From a virus: a stretch of 29,340 bases of DNA. Every line of letters starts with the position of its first letter. Within the stretch, counting starts at the first letter, position 1. The DNA is taken from positions 1 to 29,340 of IMG/VR virus record IMGVR_UViG_3300033688_000038, one strand, 5' to 3'. Made by a program: the position numbers and the translations under genes. Of the stretch, positions 19,419-29,042 are shown one piece after another. The notes under the pieces were generated by a model. It saw only the letters and a program-made list of their open reading frames with translations. It did no database searches and was not told the origin of the DNA.

Positions 19419-20045
19419 ATGAAACTGATTGCGATTGAAGGCGGCATCTCAGCAGGTAAATCAACACTACTTCCTGCACTATCTGCTCATATGAAAGAGC
19501 TTACTAACGAAGAATGGAATGTGATCAAAGAGCCTGTTGATGAAGATCAAGAGTTTCATCGATTACTGAAACAATTCATTGATAATCCAACAGATGCCAA
19601 TAAGCGTGCTGAGTTTCAAATGTATATGACTCGACAACGACATGATTTACTACAAGAGATCCCAGATGGAAATTATATCATTGAGCGTTCACTATTCAGT
19701 GATTTAGTATTTACACAATGTAATATGTTATCAACAGAAGGTCCTACAGGTGCTTACCAGGCTTCATATTACGACATTAAGGAGCACTTGAATACATACC
19801 CTAAGGTTGATTTAGTTGTCTACTTGGATCGTGAACCAGAAGCTTGTTTGAACTCTATGAAGATGCGAGACCGTGATGGTGAAGCAGCTTATCACTTAGA
19901 TTATTTTGAGGATTTACATCGATTCCACATGACATGTCTTCCTCAGATTACAAGAATTTACAACACAAAGTATCTACCAATCCAACTTGGTTGGTCATTC
20001 CCTGATGCTCGAATTGTAGCACCTAAGATTTTAGAAGTACTTTAA
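19419..20045 (+). CDS. deoxynucleoside kinase (dNK family)
   Basis: IAIEGGISAGKSTL P-loop, EPV, FQ, ERS..SD.VF, R.R.GE lid. Confidence 0.9.
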   Translation: MKLIAIEGGISAGKSTLLPALSAHMKELTNEEWNVIKEPVDEDQEFHRLLKQFIDNPTDANKRAEFQMYMTRQRHDLLQEIPDGNYIIERSLFSDLVFTQCNMLSTEGPTGAYQASYYDIKEHLNTYPKVDLVVYLDREPEACLNSMKMRDRDGEAAYHLDYFEDLHRFHMTCLPQITRIYNTKYLPIQLGWSFPDARIVAPKILEVL

Positions 20046-20049
20046 TATA

Positions 20050-20078
20050 AAAGGGAGGCCTCGGCTTCCCTTTCTTTT
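20050..20078 (+). terminator. intrinsic terminator
   Basis: AAAGGGAGGC-CTCG-GCTTCCCTTT followed by CTTTT. Confidence 0.85.
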
Positions 20079-20503
20079 ATTTGGAGAAAAGTATGAGTAG
20101 TGGTCGTCGTATACAAGAATACATGCGTCATTTTAAGATTAATGATCTTATGTTTAAAACTAGAACAAATGAATATTTAGAAACAGAGTATCAGATATAC
20201 CACAAACGTGATATTGTATATGATTCAACAAACCAATATGCTGTAGAGGCATTCCTAAAGGGTTATGTACTGGGGCGAGAGAATGGCTAAGACTTTAGAT
20301 TACCGTGGAATGGAGCAGGTTTGCTCACTACAAGATGTACTCGAATATGCAGCTGAGCATGGGTATGACAAGGTTTTATATGGATATGAAGATATCCCTC
20401 ATATAGTTGATAAAACGCTTCATATGAGCCCTTACAATCGTTTACACCCTGCTACTTCTGAAGAAGAGCAAGCTTATTATGATATATCAAATGGGGTAAT
20501 GGA

Positions 20504-20953
20504 ATGCCACAATATCGGAAAGGGAATATGCTTGTCCACCTCGATGAGTGTAACTATGCATGTATAACCACTAATGCAATGATTAGAAAAGATAACCATT
20601 TAGTTATGGGTCGAGGTATTGCTCAACAAGTGCGTGATAGTTTCCCTGGTATTGCTGAAGACTTAGGAACTTCTATAAGTTTATTAGAAGGTAAATTACC
20701 TAAATATGGTCTACTGAGGAGTAAGTTATATCCGAGTATGATTGCTTTCCAAGTAAAATATCATTGGCATGATGAAGCTGATTTAGAACTTATTAAATAT
20801 AGCACTACTATGCTAACCAATGGGGCGAACAAAAATACTAATAGGGTATACTTCTTGAACTTCCCTGGGATTGGTAATGGGAAATTAAGTAGAGAAGATG
20901 TGCTGCCTATTATAGAGCAGTTACCTAATAATGTAACAATCTGGGAATATTAA
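20504..20953 (+). CDS. macrodomain (ADP-ribose binding/hydrolase) protein
   Basis: KGN, ITTN....VMGRGIA.Q....FP, F.VK.HW, P.IG.G.L motifs. Confidence 0.85.
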   Translation: MPQYRKGNMLVHLDECNYACITTNAMIRKDNHLVMGRGIAQQVRDSFPGIAEDLGTSISLLEGKLPKYGLLRSKLYPSMIAFQVKYHWHDEADLELIKYSTTMLTNGANKNTNRVYFLNFPGIGNGKLSREDVLPIIEQLPNNVTIWEY

Positions 20954-21359
20954 TATGTTCGAAGGTAAGTTATACATAACATGCTATGAATTGAACGGAG
21001 AACCTGCCGTAGAGGTTAGTATTCCTAATGGAAAATCTTGCGTTGATTTGAATGAAGACTCTATTAGACAAGCTATAGTTGATTTACAGGAAGCATTAAA
21101 ATGATTTCAATAAATAGAGCTCTGGATAGTAAAGCTAGTGCTAATAGAGTGCATTGGATATGCAAAAATCATATTGCACTAAAAGATTATACAGCAGCAG
21201 AGCTGTATGATGAAGTTTGGAAACATGAATCTCTTAAAGATGATGATTATTATGAAGAAATGTGTAATGGAGTTCTTGATTCTTTGACAGGTTGGTGTCA
21301 CCCCTCATGGAGTTTGGAAAACTTAAGCAATCATGTTTTTCTTGGAAAGGAGTTACAAT

Positions 21360-21848
21360 ATGACGATAGCATTTGAAATTGAATATAAATACCTTTGCCC
21401 ATATCTTACTTTATGGATTTTACATGACAACTATGATGTAGTTTCCTCAAATTTTATAAGCCAGTATTACTTACCTGATGGTACACGGTTACGTAAAACA
21501 ACTTTAATCGATAATTCAGATGAAAAGTATTTTATTACAAAGAAAACCCCTACTGATGATCCACGAGTGTGGATTGAAGATGAAAGATTTGTAACTAAAG
21601 ATGAATATCTTGAGAATTGGCGAGAAGGACTACCTAGTATTCATAAAATAAGAGCAAAGGTTTTATATGAAAATAACGTTTGGGAAGTTGATTTTTATGA
21701 TGGCTTAGATGGATTGACTACAGCAGAACTTGAAGTACCATCTATTGATTATGAATTTAAAATACCATCATTCTGTACACAAGATGTTACAGCAGATGTA
21801 GCATACAAGAATTATAATCTAGCAAAAATAGGAACAACTTATGAGTAA
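21360..21848 (+). CDS. CYTH-domain (triphosphate tunnel) protein
   Basis: EIEYKYL, RLR, K.R, WEVD, AELE, DVT....Y.N motifs. Confidence 0.88.
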   Translation: MTIAFEIEYKYLCPYLTLWILHDNYDVVSSNFISQYYLPDGTRLRKTTLIDNSDEKYFITKKTPTDDPRVWIEDERFVTKDEYLENWREGLPSIHKIRAKVLYENNVWEVDFYDGLDGLTTAELEVPSIDYEFKIPSFCTQDVTADVAYKNYNLAKIGTTYE

Positions 21849-22414
21849 AGGTAAATTAGTGTGGATTGCCGAGCACCCAACAAATCCTGAAAGTAAGGAG
21901 GTTCGTTTTGAAGAGCCTTACACTGAAGGAGAGCATGTCTATGGTGGTGAAGATGGCTATTCTCCTTATGTTAAGTGGAAACAATATGTATTAATTGAGG
22001 TGGAATAATGTTAAAACAAACTTACTGGGATTACTGGTCAGGTGATGCTAACTATGAATTTCATGGTAAAGAGTTCACAAGGCTTTTTAGTGGTGAGTGG
22101 GAGTTTGATAACACTCCTTGTAATGAGCACATGCAATATATGCTAGAAGATGTATACCAAAAAGAACAAGAAAGAACATCTAAATATCAAGCTATTGGAG
22201 TTAAATTATGATTGTAGTAACTAATAATGAATATGGTTGGGATTGTGTAGTCCAGGTGTGTGCTTCAATGGAAGATGCAGTGTATTTCCTGAATACAGAT
22301 TTTCATCAGTATGACCCAAATGAGTATAAAACAGAATCTGAATTTGAAGATATTTGCTTTGTATTTACCGAAACTTCACTTTACACTAAACCAGAATAAT
22401 ATAGGATCATAAGC

Positions 22415-23524
22415 ATGGATAGCGTTACTTTATATGGTGCAACAAAAGGTGGTAAGTTTAAGCAATGGACAGTTCATACGGAAGGTGCGTATGTGGTCAT
22501 GACATACGGAGCAGTCAATGGAAAAATGCAAGTCAAGAAGATACTCGCTAAAGCGAAAAATGTGGGAAGAGCTAATGCGACTACTGCGGAGCAACAAGCA
22601 ATCTCAGAAATGAACTCAAGAGCCGCAAAACAGTGGGATAAGTGTTATCGTGAAACCTGTGAAGATGCTGCTAACGTAGGGCGTCTATTACCGATGCTAG
22701 CAAGTGACTATACTAAAGTTGGACATCGTATCAACTACCCTTGTTGGGTCTCTAGGAAGCTCGATGGGGTGCGTTGTATCACTGTTGTGGATAAAGTTAA
22801 GAAGACTGTTCGTATGATCAGTCGAGGAGGCAAAGATTATCCAGTGCCATCTCACCTATACAAAGATTTAATCCTATTAGCAGAGTCAACTGATACTTGG
22901 GAGTTTGATGGTGAGTTATACATCCACGGTATCAGTTTACAGAATATTGTATCTGCTGTTAAAAAACCTAACCCATTAACCCCTCGTATTGAATATCACA
23001 TCTTTGATGTCCCAGATGAAGAAGCAGAATGGCAATACCGTTACATGGATTTGGAAGCCATGCAGGTCTGGAAGCTTGCTAATAGAGATAAGTGTAAGCA
23101 GATTAAAATTGTAATGAATGAGGTTGCTGAGAATGAAAGCCATGCTCGTGAGTTCATGAATGAGTGGATTGAAGATGGATATGAGGGTATTATGCTTCGT
23201 AACCGAACTGGTATGTATGAGTCAAATCACCGTTCAGGTACACTCCAGAAATGGAAAGACTTCCAAGACTTAGAAGCTAAGGTACTCCGAGTTACAGAGG
23301 ACAATATTGGAGAAGGTGTTTTACATGTCCGTAGCGCAGAAGGTGCTGAGTTTAAATGTAAAATGCGTGGCAATCATGAATATCGTTCTTTCGAGAACCA
23401 AAATAGCCTAATTGATCAGTGGATTAATGTCCGCTTTCAGCAATTTACAGATGATAATATTCCTCAATTTCCAGTAGGAACTGGTGTTCGTGCTTGTACT
23501 CCAGAAGGTGTTCCACTTGATTAA
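22415..23524 (+). CDS. ATP-dependent DNA ligase
   Basis: PMLA, KLDGVRC, FDGELY, FD, EGIMLR, RS....K.K; N-terminal WGR-like extension. Confidence 0.95.
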   Translation: MDSVTLYGATKGGKFKQWTVHTEGAYVVMTYGAVNGKMQVKKILAKAKNVGRANATTAEQQAISEMNSRAAKQWDKCYRETCEDAANVGRLLPMLASDYTKVGHRINYPCWVSRKLDGVRCITVVDKVKKTVRMISRGGKDYPVPSHLYKDLILLAESTDTWEFDGELYIHGISLQNIVSAVKKPNPLTPRIEYHIFDVPDEEAEWQYRYMDLEAMQVWKLANRDKCKQIKIVMNEVAENESHAREFMNEWIEDGYEGIMLRNRTGMYESNHRSGTLQKWKDFQDLEAKVLRVTEDNIGEGVLHVRSAEGAEFKCKMRGNHEYRSFENQNSLIDQWINVRFQQFTDDNIPQFPVGTGVRACTPEGVPLD

Positions 23525-24218
23525 TCAACCACATAAAATTGTATCACAATATTACTTAGATAATATCTGTGAATTAGCTGAGGTGAGGTGTGACGAAAGT
23601 CACCCTCAAGCTTACCACCATTTAGCTTGGATGTGCCACACAATAATCCATAAGCCAATGTCAGACACTAAAGCCAACAGATGGTTAGGGTATGTCCAAG
23701 GTGTGTTAGCTGTCAATGATAAGCTTTGTGTAGCTTCTGAGAGAACTAGAACTAGAGAAACATTTGGAGGATTATAAGAATGACTAAAGTACTAATTACA
23801 CGCCACTGGTCTGGTTACTGTCGCGGTTATACTGAGCATGAGCTTGAAGTTGCACCAGAAGAATTACAAGAGCTTATGAACAGGAAAGAGATTGTAGGTG
23901 AGTATTTCTGGGAAGGGGATGAGGTGGATATTAATATTATCCGAGATGATACAGAAACAGATCATTATGAATTTGAGGTTGTAGAGTAATGAATTGGATT
24001 CTAGTTATAATGGTTGTTATGGGTGGAGGTAAAGGTTTAACAACCTTACCTCACAATTTCAAAACACTATCTGAGTGTCAAGAGGTTGGTCGGTTATGGA
24101 GAATAAATGATGACGTCTCAATTTTTGATGATAAATCAAAAGAAGGTATTGATGCTAATAAATACTTTAAGTGCCTACCTGTAAAACCTAACCACAATAC
24201 AGAATGGAAATAATAACA

Positions 24219-24593
24219 ATGAGCACACCAGAATTATTTACACCATATTATGTCATGAATGATACTAAGCGTAATGTAAACATTGCTATTGATTTTGATG
24301 ATACTATTACCACTGATAAAGAAATGTGGCTCAAAATTATCCAAGTAATGAAAGATTGCGGACACACAATTAAGGTAGTAACTGCCCGTTTTGATGTTGC
24401 TGATTTGAATGATGACATCAGAAATTTTACCCTTAATCTTGAAATAGATGCCATCTTCTGTGGAGGATTGCAGAAAGAAGCTAAATGCCGTTCACTAGGT
24501 TGGATGCCAGATATTTGGATTGATGATTTGCCTTGGGCAATACCTTTACCATCTAAGCTAGTAAAACGTGCTACAGATATTGGTGTAATTTAA
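24219..24593 (+). CDS. HAD-superfamily phosphatase (cap-less)
   Basis: IDFDDT, VTAR, K, IDD motifs I-IV. Confidence 0.85.
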   Translation: MSTPELFTPYYVMNDTKRNVNIAIDFDDTITTDKEMWLKIIQVMKDCGHTIKVVTARFDVADLNDDIRNFTLNLEIDAIFCGGLQKEAKCRSLGWMPDIWIDDLPWAIPLPSKLVKRATDIGVI

Positions 24594-24599
24594 TTAAAC

Positions 24600-24621
24600 G
24601 GGCATTCGTGCCCTTTATTTT
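24600..24621 (+). terminator. intrinsic terminator
   Basis: GGGCA-TTCG-TGCCC followed by TTTATTTT. Confidence 0.8.
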
Positions 24622-24797
24622 CTAAATCAAGGAATGATTATGAAAACTATTGAAGTTAGTATTAAAATGATTGCCACTTACGAAGAAGTAGATATGACTC
24701 CACATGATATCAAGAAGATAGAAATGTCTATTGAATCTCACATGTGTAATGAATTCGCTGAGTTTGAATCTATTGACGTAAAAGTGGAGGATTATTA

Positions 24798-25025
24798 ATG
24801 TCAGGACTAATGGTTACTATATCAGTAGAAGAGTATAAACGATTACATACCTCAGAGCAAAAACTAGACTACCTTGAAAGTGCTGGTGTAGATAACTGGA
24901 GTGGTTATGATTATATGTATGAACTAATGGAAGATAGTGATGATGAAAATATTGAAGATATTTCTTTAGAGAAATTTATCAAAGAATATATAACTCCTGA
25001 GATGTTATCAAGTGATTATGAGTAA
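24798..25025 (+). CDS. small phage protein with GVDNWxGY motif
   Basis: VTIS.EEY..L and LE.AGVDNWSGYD; GGAGG SD. Confidence 0.65.
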   Translation: MSGLMVTISVEEYKRLHTSEQKLDYLESAGVDNWSGYDYMYELMEDSDDENIEDISLEKFIKEYITPEMLSSDYE

Positions 25026-25028
25026 TTT

Positions 25029-25382
25029 ATGAAACTCTATACAATACAAAATGGAAAGTATCGAAAAGCTAAAGGTCAGTTTGTAGATACTACTGTGAAG
25101 ACAGGTGTGGTGTATTTTGCACCAACCTGGGATATGGTATTACAATATAAAAATAAAATAATTTGTGAGGATGTGTATATTTCTTTGTATACTAATCTCA
25201 TGCGTCAATCATTCAAAGATAATAATCTTGTTTGGCTAAAGTTATTTGATTTTGAAGAAATAACCCTTGGTTGTTATTGTAAAGCTGGTGATTTCTGTCA
25301 TCGACACTTATTAGTAGAAATGTTACTAAAAATTGGTGAGAAATATAATAGACCAGTTGAATATTGTGGAGAGGTAGAATGA
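25029..25382 (+). CDS. DUF488/DUF4326-like protein
   Basis: FAPTWDM and LGCYC.....CHR..L motifs. Confidence 0.65.
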   Translation: MKLYTIQNGKYRKAKGQFVDTTVKTGVVYFAPTWDMVLQYKNKIICEDVYISLYTNLMRQSFKDNNLVWLKLFDFEEITLGCYCKAGDFCHRHLLVEMLLKIGEKYNRPVEYCGEVE

Positions 25383-25551
25383 GTGCTATTTTCAAGAAAG
25401 ATAGTTCAGGTGATTGGTATAACTCTGAAAATGGATATTATTTAGGAAACCATGATACATATGTACACCTCTTAGAGGTGGGACACCCTTTAGAGACTAT
25501 AATTAACACGATCATGTACGGTGTAAATAATAGTTTATCAGGAGAGTAAAA

Positions 25552-25962
25552 ATGAAACGTTATAACTTATTCAAAACAAGTGCTCCAGGTTGGGAATTAC
25601 GTGGTGCTGGTATTAAAATGGTTATTGATTTACTAGAAGAACATACATGTAAGATTTGTATTGAAGATGAAACAGATGTTACATTAAAAGGTTACACTGA
25701 GGTTTGGTTAAATGAATTACGTGGGACTTGTTGTGCTTGTGAGTTTGTTGTAGAAACAGAACCTGACAACTTCCTTGATAGATTAGAATTAGAGTATGAT
25801 GAATTAGTTGATAAATCACATGATTTAAAATTATTCCTTGAAAATCCACAATCAGTAGATGTATCTGAATGGGAGTATACAATGATGAAGTCTCAATTAC
25901 ATGCAATGGAATCATATAGCTCAGCATTACTATCTAGAATCGCACACCATAATAAGGTTTAA
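25552..25962 (+). CDS. hypothetical protein: Cys-containing N-domain plus C-terminal coiled-coil hairpin
   Basis: C..C / C..C pairs; RL..E..EL.....L..F ... Q..AM..Y...L..RI; AGGAG SD. Confidence 0.65.
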   Translation: MKRYNLFKTSAPGWELRGAGIKMVIDLLEEHTCKICIEDETDVTLKGYTEVWLNELRGTCCACEFVVETEPDNFLDRLELEYDELVDKSHDLKLFLENPQSVDVSEWEYTMMKSQLHAMESYSSALLSRIAHHNKV

Positions 25963-26146
25963 TTATGAATAAAGTTTATATTGTCTCATCAACACATCAC
26001 ATGGGGATGGACGGAGATTACACAGAAATTGTATGTCTCACACGAGATAAGAATAAAGCACAAGAAGAGTGTGATAAAATAGAAGCTCTTCCTTATGAAG
26101 ATTATAATTGGTATTCAGGTGATATTGAAGAGTGGGAGTTAGTATA

Positions 26147-26731
26147 ATGAGTAAGAAGGTTTATATCGGTGGGCATTGTTTGAATCGTGGTGGACAACTA
26201 CAACGATCTGAAGAAGCTCAAATGGTTCGGGAACTAGGTCATGACATCTACTGTCCTCAAGAAAACAAAGAAATTAACGACAAATCTAATGCTGTTCAAG
26301 AAGCTCTTGCTGAACGTATCGTGAGTCATGATACTGATGCTATCTTGTGGTCTGATACTGTTATTATTGAGCCTGATAATTGCGCACTCGGTACTCATAT
26401 TGAGTTAGGTCAATTACTAGGTATGCGTGATTTGTCCGAAATGATAGTGGAGATAGCTAACACTCATTTTGAGAATAACCGAGGTAAGACAGAAGACCTT
26501 GATTATCTCTTGATTTCGGAGATTTTAAAGTTATGTATGGAACAGCTTAATCGTAAAGTTTACCCACACCTTGAAGATATTCGTCTATTAGGTCCTACAG
26601 GTGATGGTTATCGGTCTACGTTTGGAATCAATGCCTATGTAACTGGAGCTTGTATTAAACTTGCTAATGACCCTGTGGGAGCACCTGATGGCTTCTATAC
26701 TATAGATCAAATCAAGAAGGAGTTATCATAA
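26147..26731 (+). CDS. nucleoside 2-deoxyribosyltransferase / N-glycosidase family protein
   Basis: VYIGG, Y.PQE, D..AI..SD, GT..ELG (catalytic Glu), N.Y motifs. Confidence 0.8.
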   Translation: MSKKVYIGGHCLNRGGQLQRSEEAQMVRELGHDIYCPQENKEINDKSNAVQEALAERIVSHDTDAILWSDTVIIEPDNCALGTHIELGQLLGMRDLSEMIVEIANTHFENNRGKTEDLDYLLISEILKLCMEQLNRKVYPHLEDIRLLGPTGDGYRSTFGINAYVTGACIKLANDPVGAPDGFYTIDQIKKELS

Positions 26732-26906
26732 TGCCTATATTATTATCCACTGCACTGGGTATCTTATTAGCAGCAGCAATTATTTCCTTTATTGTACTCT
26801 TACGTGATATGTACTCAGAGACTTCTTCTACTGTACGGAGGGTAGAACGATTGGAAACAAAATACTGGGAGTTACGGAACCAAATTAGTGATTTGGAGAA
26901 TAAATA

Positions 26907-27302
26907 ATGGCTCATATTTTTATTGAATACGTTAGTGATTATTGGGATTGTGAAACTTGTGGTGGTAGTTCTGCCGATGGGGCTACTGTTGAAATAGATG
27001 GTAAACCCTTCGGTGATTTTTACCCAGCAGCACATTGCTATGATAGCTTAACTTATAGTAATGATGATATTTATTGCTCTTTATTAGAGCATTTAGGGAT
27101 TACAGTTAAGAAAGATGATCACGGATATCTTAATGAAGATTTTAACTTATCTGACACTCTTGAAGCCAACGGACACACGCTGGATGAGGGTTTTATAACA
27201 ATTAGTAATTATGACTATATGGATGACGATGATGATTGGGATAATCTATATGAAGAAGGTTTAGACCCAGAAGAGCATGAGGAGTGGGTTGAAAATGTTT
27301 AA
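26907..27302 (+). CDS. hypothetical acidic protein with DCETCG motif
   Basis: GGAG SD; 131 aa. Confidence 0.65.
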   Translation: MAHIFIEYVSDYWDCETCGGSSADGATVEIDGKPFGDFYPAAHCYDSLTYSNDDIYCSLLEHLGITVKKDDHGYLNEDFNLSDTLEANGHTLDEGFITISNYDYMDDDDDWDNLYEEGLDPEEHEEWVENV

Positions 27303-27419
27303 ATTTGAATATAAATGCTGTGAAGGTGGTGGGCCAATGTCAGCGGGATGTTATCATGATCATTGTAAAGGGGCTAGGGTTATAAAGATACCAACTTTCT
27401 TCAAGGAGAAAGGTGATAA

Positions 27420-28085
27420 GTGATAACTTTCAAAAAGATATGGGCAGCTATCGCCCTAACTACTGTGCCAATCGCTAGCATTGCCTCAGGAGCTCCTGCT
27501 CTAATTACTGGTGTAATGTTAGTTGGTATTATCTTTGTACTAGGTATTGCTTTTAGTTGGAAACATGCAAACCTATTTGGAGCACTAACTGCTGCTGGTT
27601 TTGGTTTCATATCCTTTGATCAAGGTCTGATAGGTAATGCAGTAATTAACTGGTTGTTCGTAATACCTATGTCATTGTATGGATGGTGGTCTTGGTGTAA
27701 TAATAATGAAGTAGATGTTGCTGAGAAAAGAACACTGGGTCTAATTAAGTTTAATTGGCTACTTATGGGTGCTTCAGCAGCTATCTCGTTTGTGTATCTA
27801 CTAATATTATCCTTACCAGAAGGTGTTGTTTTATTCAAATCACCTATACCAATTGATAGTGTATTACTTGACGCTGTGACTACAGTATTACCCGTAGCTG
27901 CTACGTTGTTATTAGTTAACTCATACAAAGAACAATGGTATCTATGGATTCCATATAACATGCTTGAGATGTTCTTGTGGGTGATGGTGTATATGACTAA
28001 CCCTGCACTATTACCAATACTAATCATGAGAGCTGTGTTCCTTATAAACTCCATAATCGGGGCTTATGAGTGGAATAAGAAGTAA
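27420..28085 (+). CDS. pnuC: PnuC-family (nicotinamide riboside-type) membrane transporter
   Basis: Multiple TM helices; N..FG, YGWW.W, LDA.TT, EQW..WI..N motifs. Confidence 0.88.
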   Translation: MITFKKIWAAIALTTVPIASIASGAPALITGVMLVGIIFVLGIAFSWKHANLFGALTAAGFGFISFDQGLIGNAVINWLFVIPMSLYGWWSWCNNNEVDVAEKRTLGLIKFNWLLMGASAAISFVYLLILSLPEGVVLFKSPIPIDSVLLDAVTTVLPVAATLLLVNSYKEQWYLWIPYNMLEMFLWVMVYMTNPALLPILIMRAVFLINSIIGAYEWNKK

Positions 28086-28092
28086 TTAAAAT

Positions 28093-28113
28093 AAGGAGCC
28101 TTGAGCTCCTTTT
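28093..28113 (+). terminator. intrinsic terminator
   Basis: AAGGAGC-CTTGA-GCTCCTT followed by TT. Confidence 0.75.
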
Positions 28114-28137
28114 CATTTATATAAACAAGGTAGTATT

Positions 28138-28701
28138 ATGGCTCAGTTATATTTTAACTTCTCAACAATGAATGCTGGTAAATCAACTTCATTATTACAA
28201 TGTAACCACAACTACAAAGAGCTGGGGATGACCACAATGCTCTTCACATTTGCAGGTGATGACAGGTATGGAATTGGAAAGATAACATCTCGTATTGGCT
28301 TAGAGGCTGATGCTAGTTTGTTTGATAAGGATACCGACTTACTTAGCTCTGTTTATAATTCATCTGAAGAAAAACTACCTGATTGTGTTTTAATAGATGA
28401 AGCTCAATTCCTAACTAAAGATCAAATAGAACAACTTAGTACACTAGTTGATTATTATAATGTACCTGTTATGTGTTATGGATTGCGTACTGATTTCCAA
28501 GGGAACTTATTTGAAGGTTCTGCTTCTCTGTTCGCTGCTGCGGACAAACTTGTTGAGATGAAAACATTATGTCGTTGTGGATCTAAAGCAACACATGTTG
28601 TACGTATTGACAAGGATGGTGTTATAGTAAAAACTGGTGATCAGATTCAGATTGGAGGAAATGATAGTTATATCTCTGTATGTAGACGTCATTTTAGTTA
28701 A
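28138..28701 (+). CDS. tdk: thymidine kinase
   Basis: MNAGKST, SRIG, DEAQF, YGLRTDF, C.CG ... IGG...Y.SVCR.H. Confidence 0.96.
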   Translation: MAQLYFNFSTMNAGKSTSLLQCNHNYKELGMTTMLFTFAGDDRYGIGKITSRIGLEADASLFDKDTDLLSSVYNSSEEKLPDCVLIDEAQFLTKDQIEQLSTLVDYYNVPVMCYGLRTDFQGNLFEGSASLFAAADKLVEMKTLCRCGSKATHVVRIDKDGVIVKTGDQIQIGGNDSYISVCRRHFS

Positions 28702-28724
28702 TTAATAAATATTTGCTAAAAGAT

Positions 28725-28754
28725 GTGAGCTTTTCTCCACTTTAGTTGTATATA
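28725..28754 (+). promoter_or_regulatory. putative phage-specific (ECF-sigma-type) promoter, copy 3
   Basis: GTGAGCTTTT-N11-TTGTATATA, intergenic. Confidence 0.75.
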
Positions 28755-28841
28755 CTTATTATAAGATAGATAAGAAAAGCTGCTAAGATTTATTCTTATT
28801 ATTAATTATTAATATTATATTATTCTTTTTGGAGAAAAACC

Positions 28842-29042
28842 ATGAAACTTAATACTGGTGAATTAAATGCTCTTTTACATACTGATATTGATATGGTGGA
28901 TGAGCTTGATGAATTAGAAACTTATGAACCATCGAATGTTAATAAGCACAAGATGCGAGATAAAGATTTATTAGAGATTAATGGTAAGTCAAAGAATCGT
29001 CATTACCGTGAAAGCTCTAAGCGGAATTGGAGTGAAGAGTAA
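28842..29042 (+). CDS. hypothetical protein (acidic N-half, basic C-half)
   Basis: GGAG SD; first gene after promoter copy 3. Confidence 0.65.
   Translation: MKLNTGELNALLHTDIDMVDELDELETYEPSNVNKHKMRDKDLLEINGKSKNRHYRESSKRNWSEE

Noticed and set aside
1642-28054. All minus-strand ORFs in the track and nested alternative-frame plus ORFs (e.g. 2359, 8846, 15698, 18201)
   Set aside because: They shadow well-supported + strand genes and show no recognisable motifs
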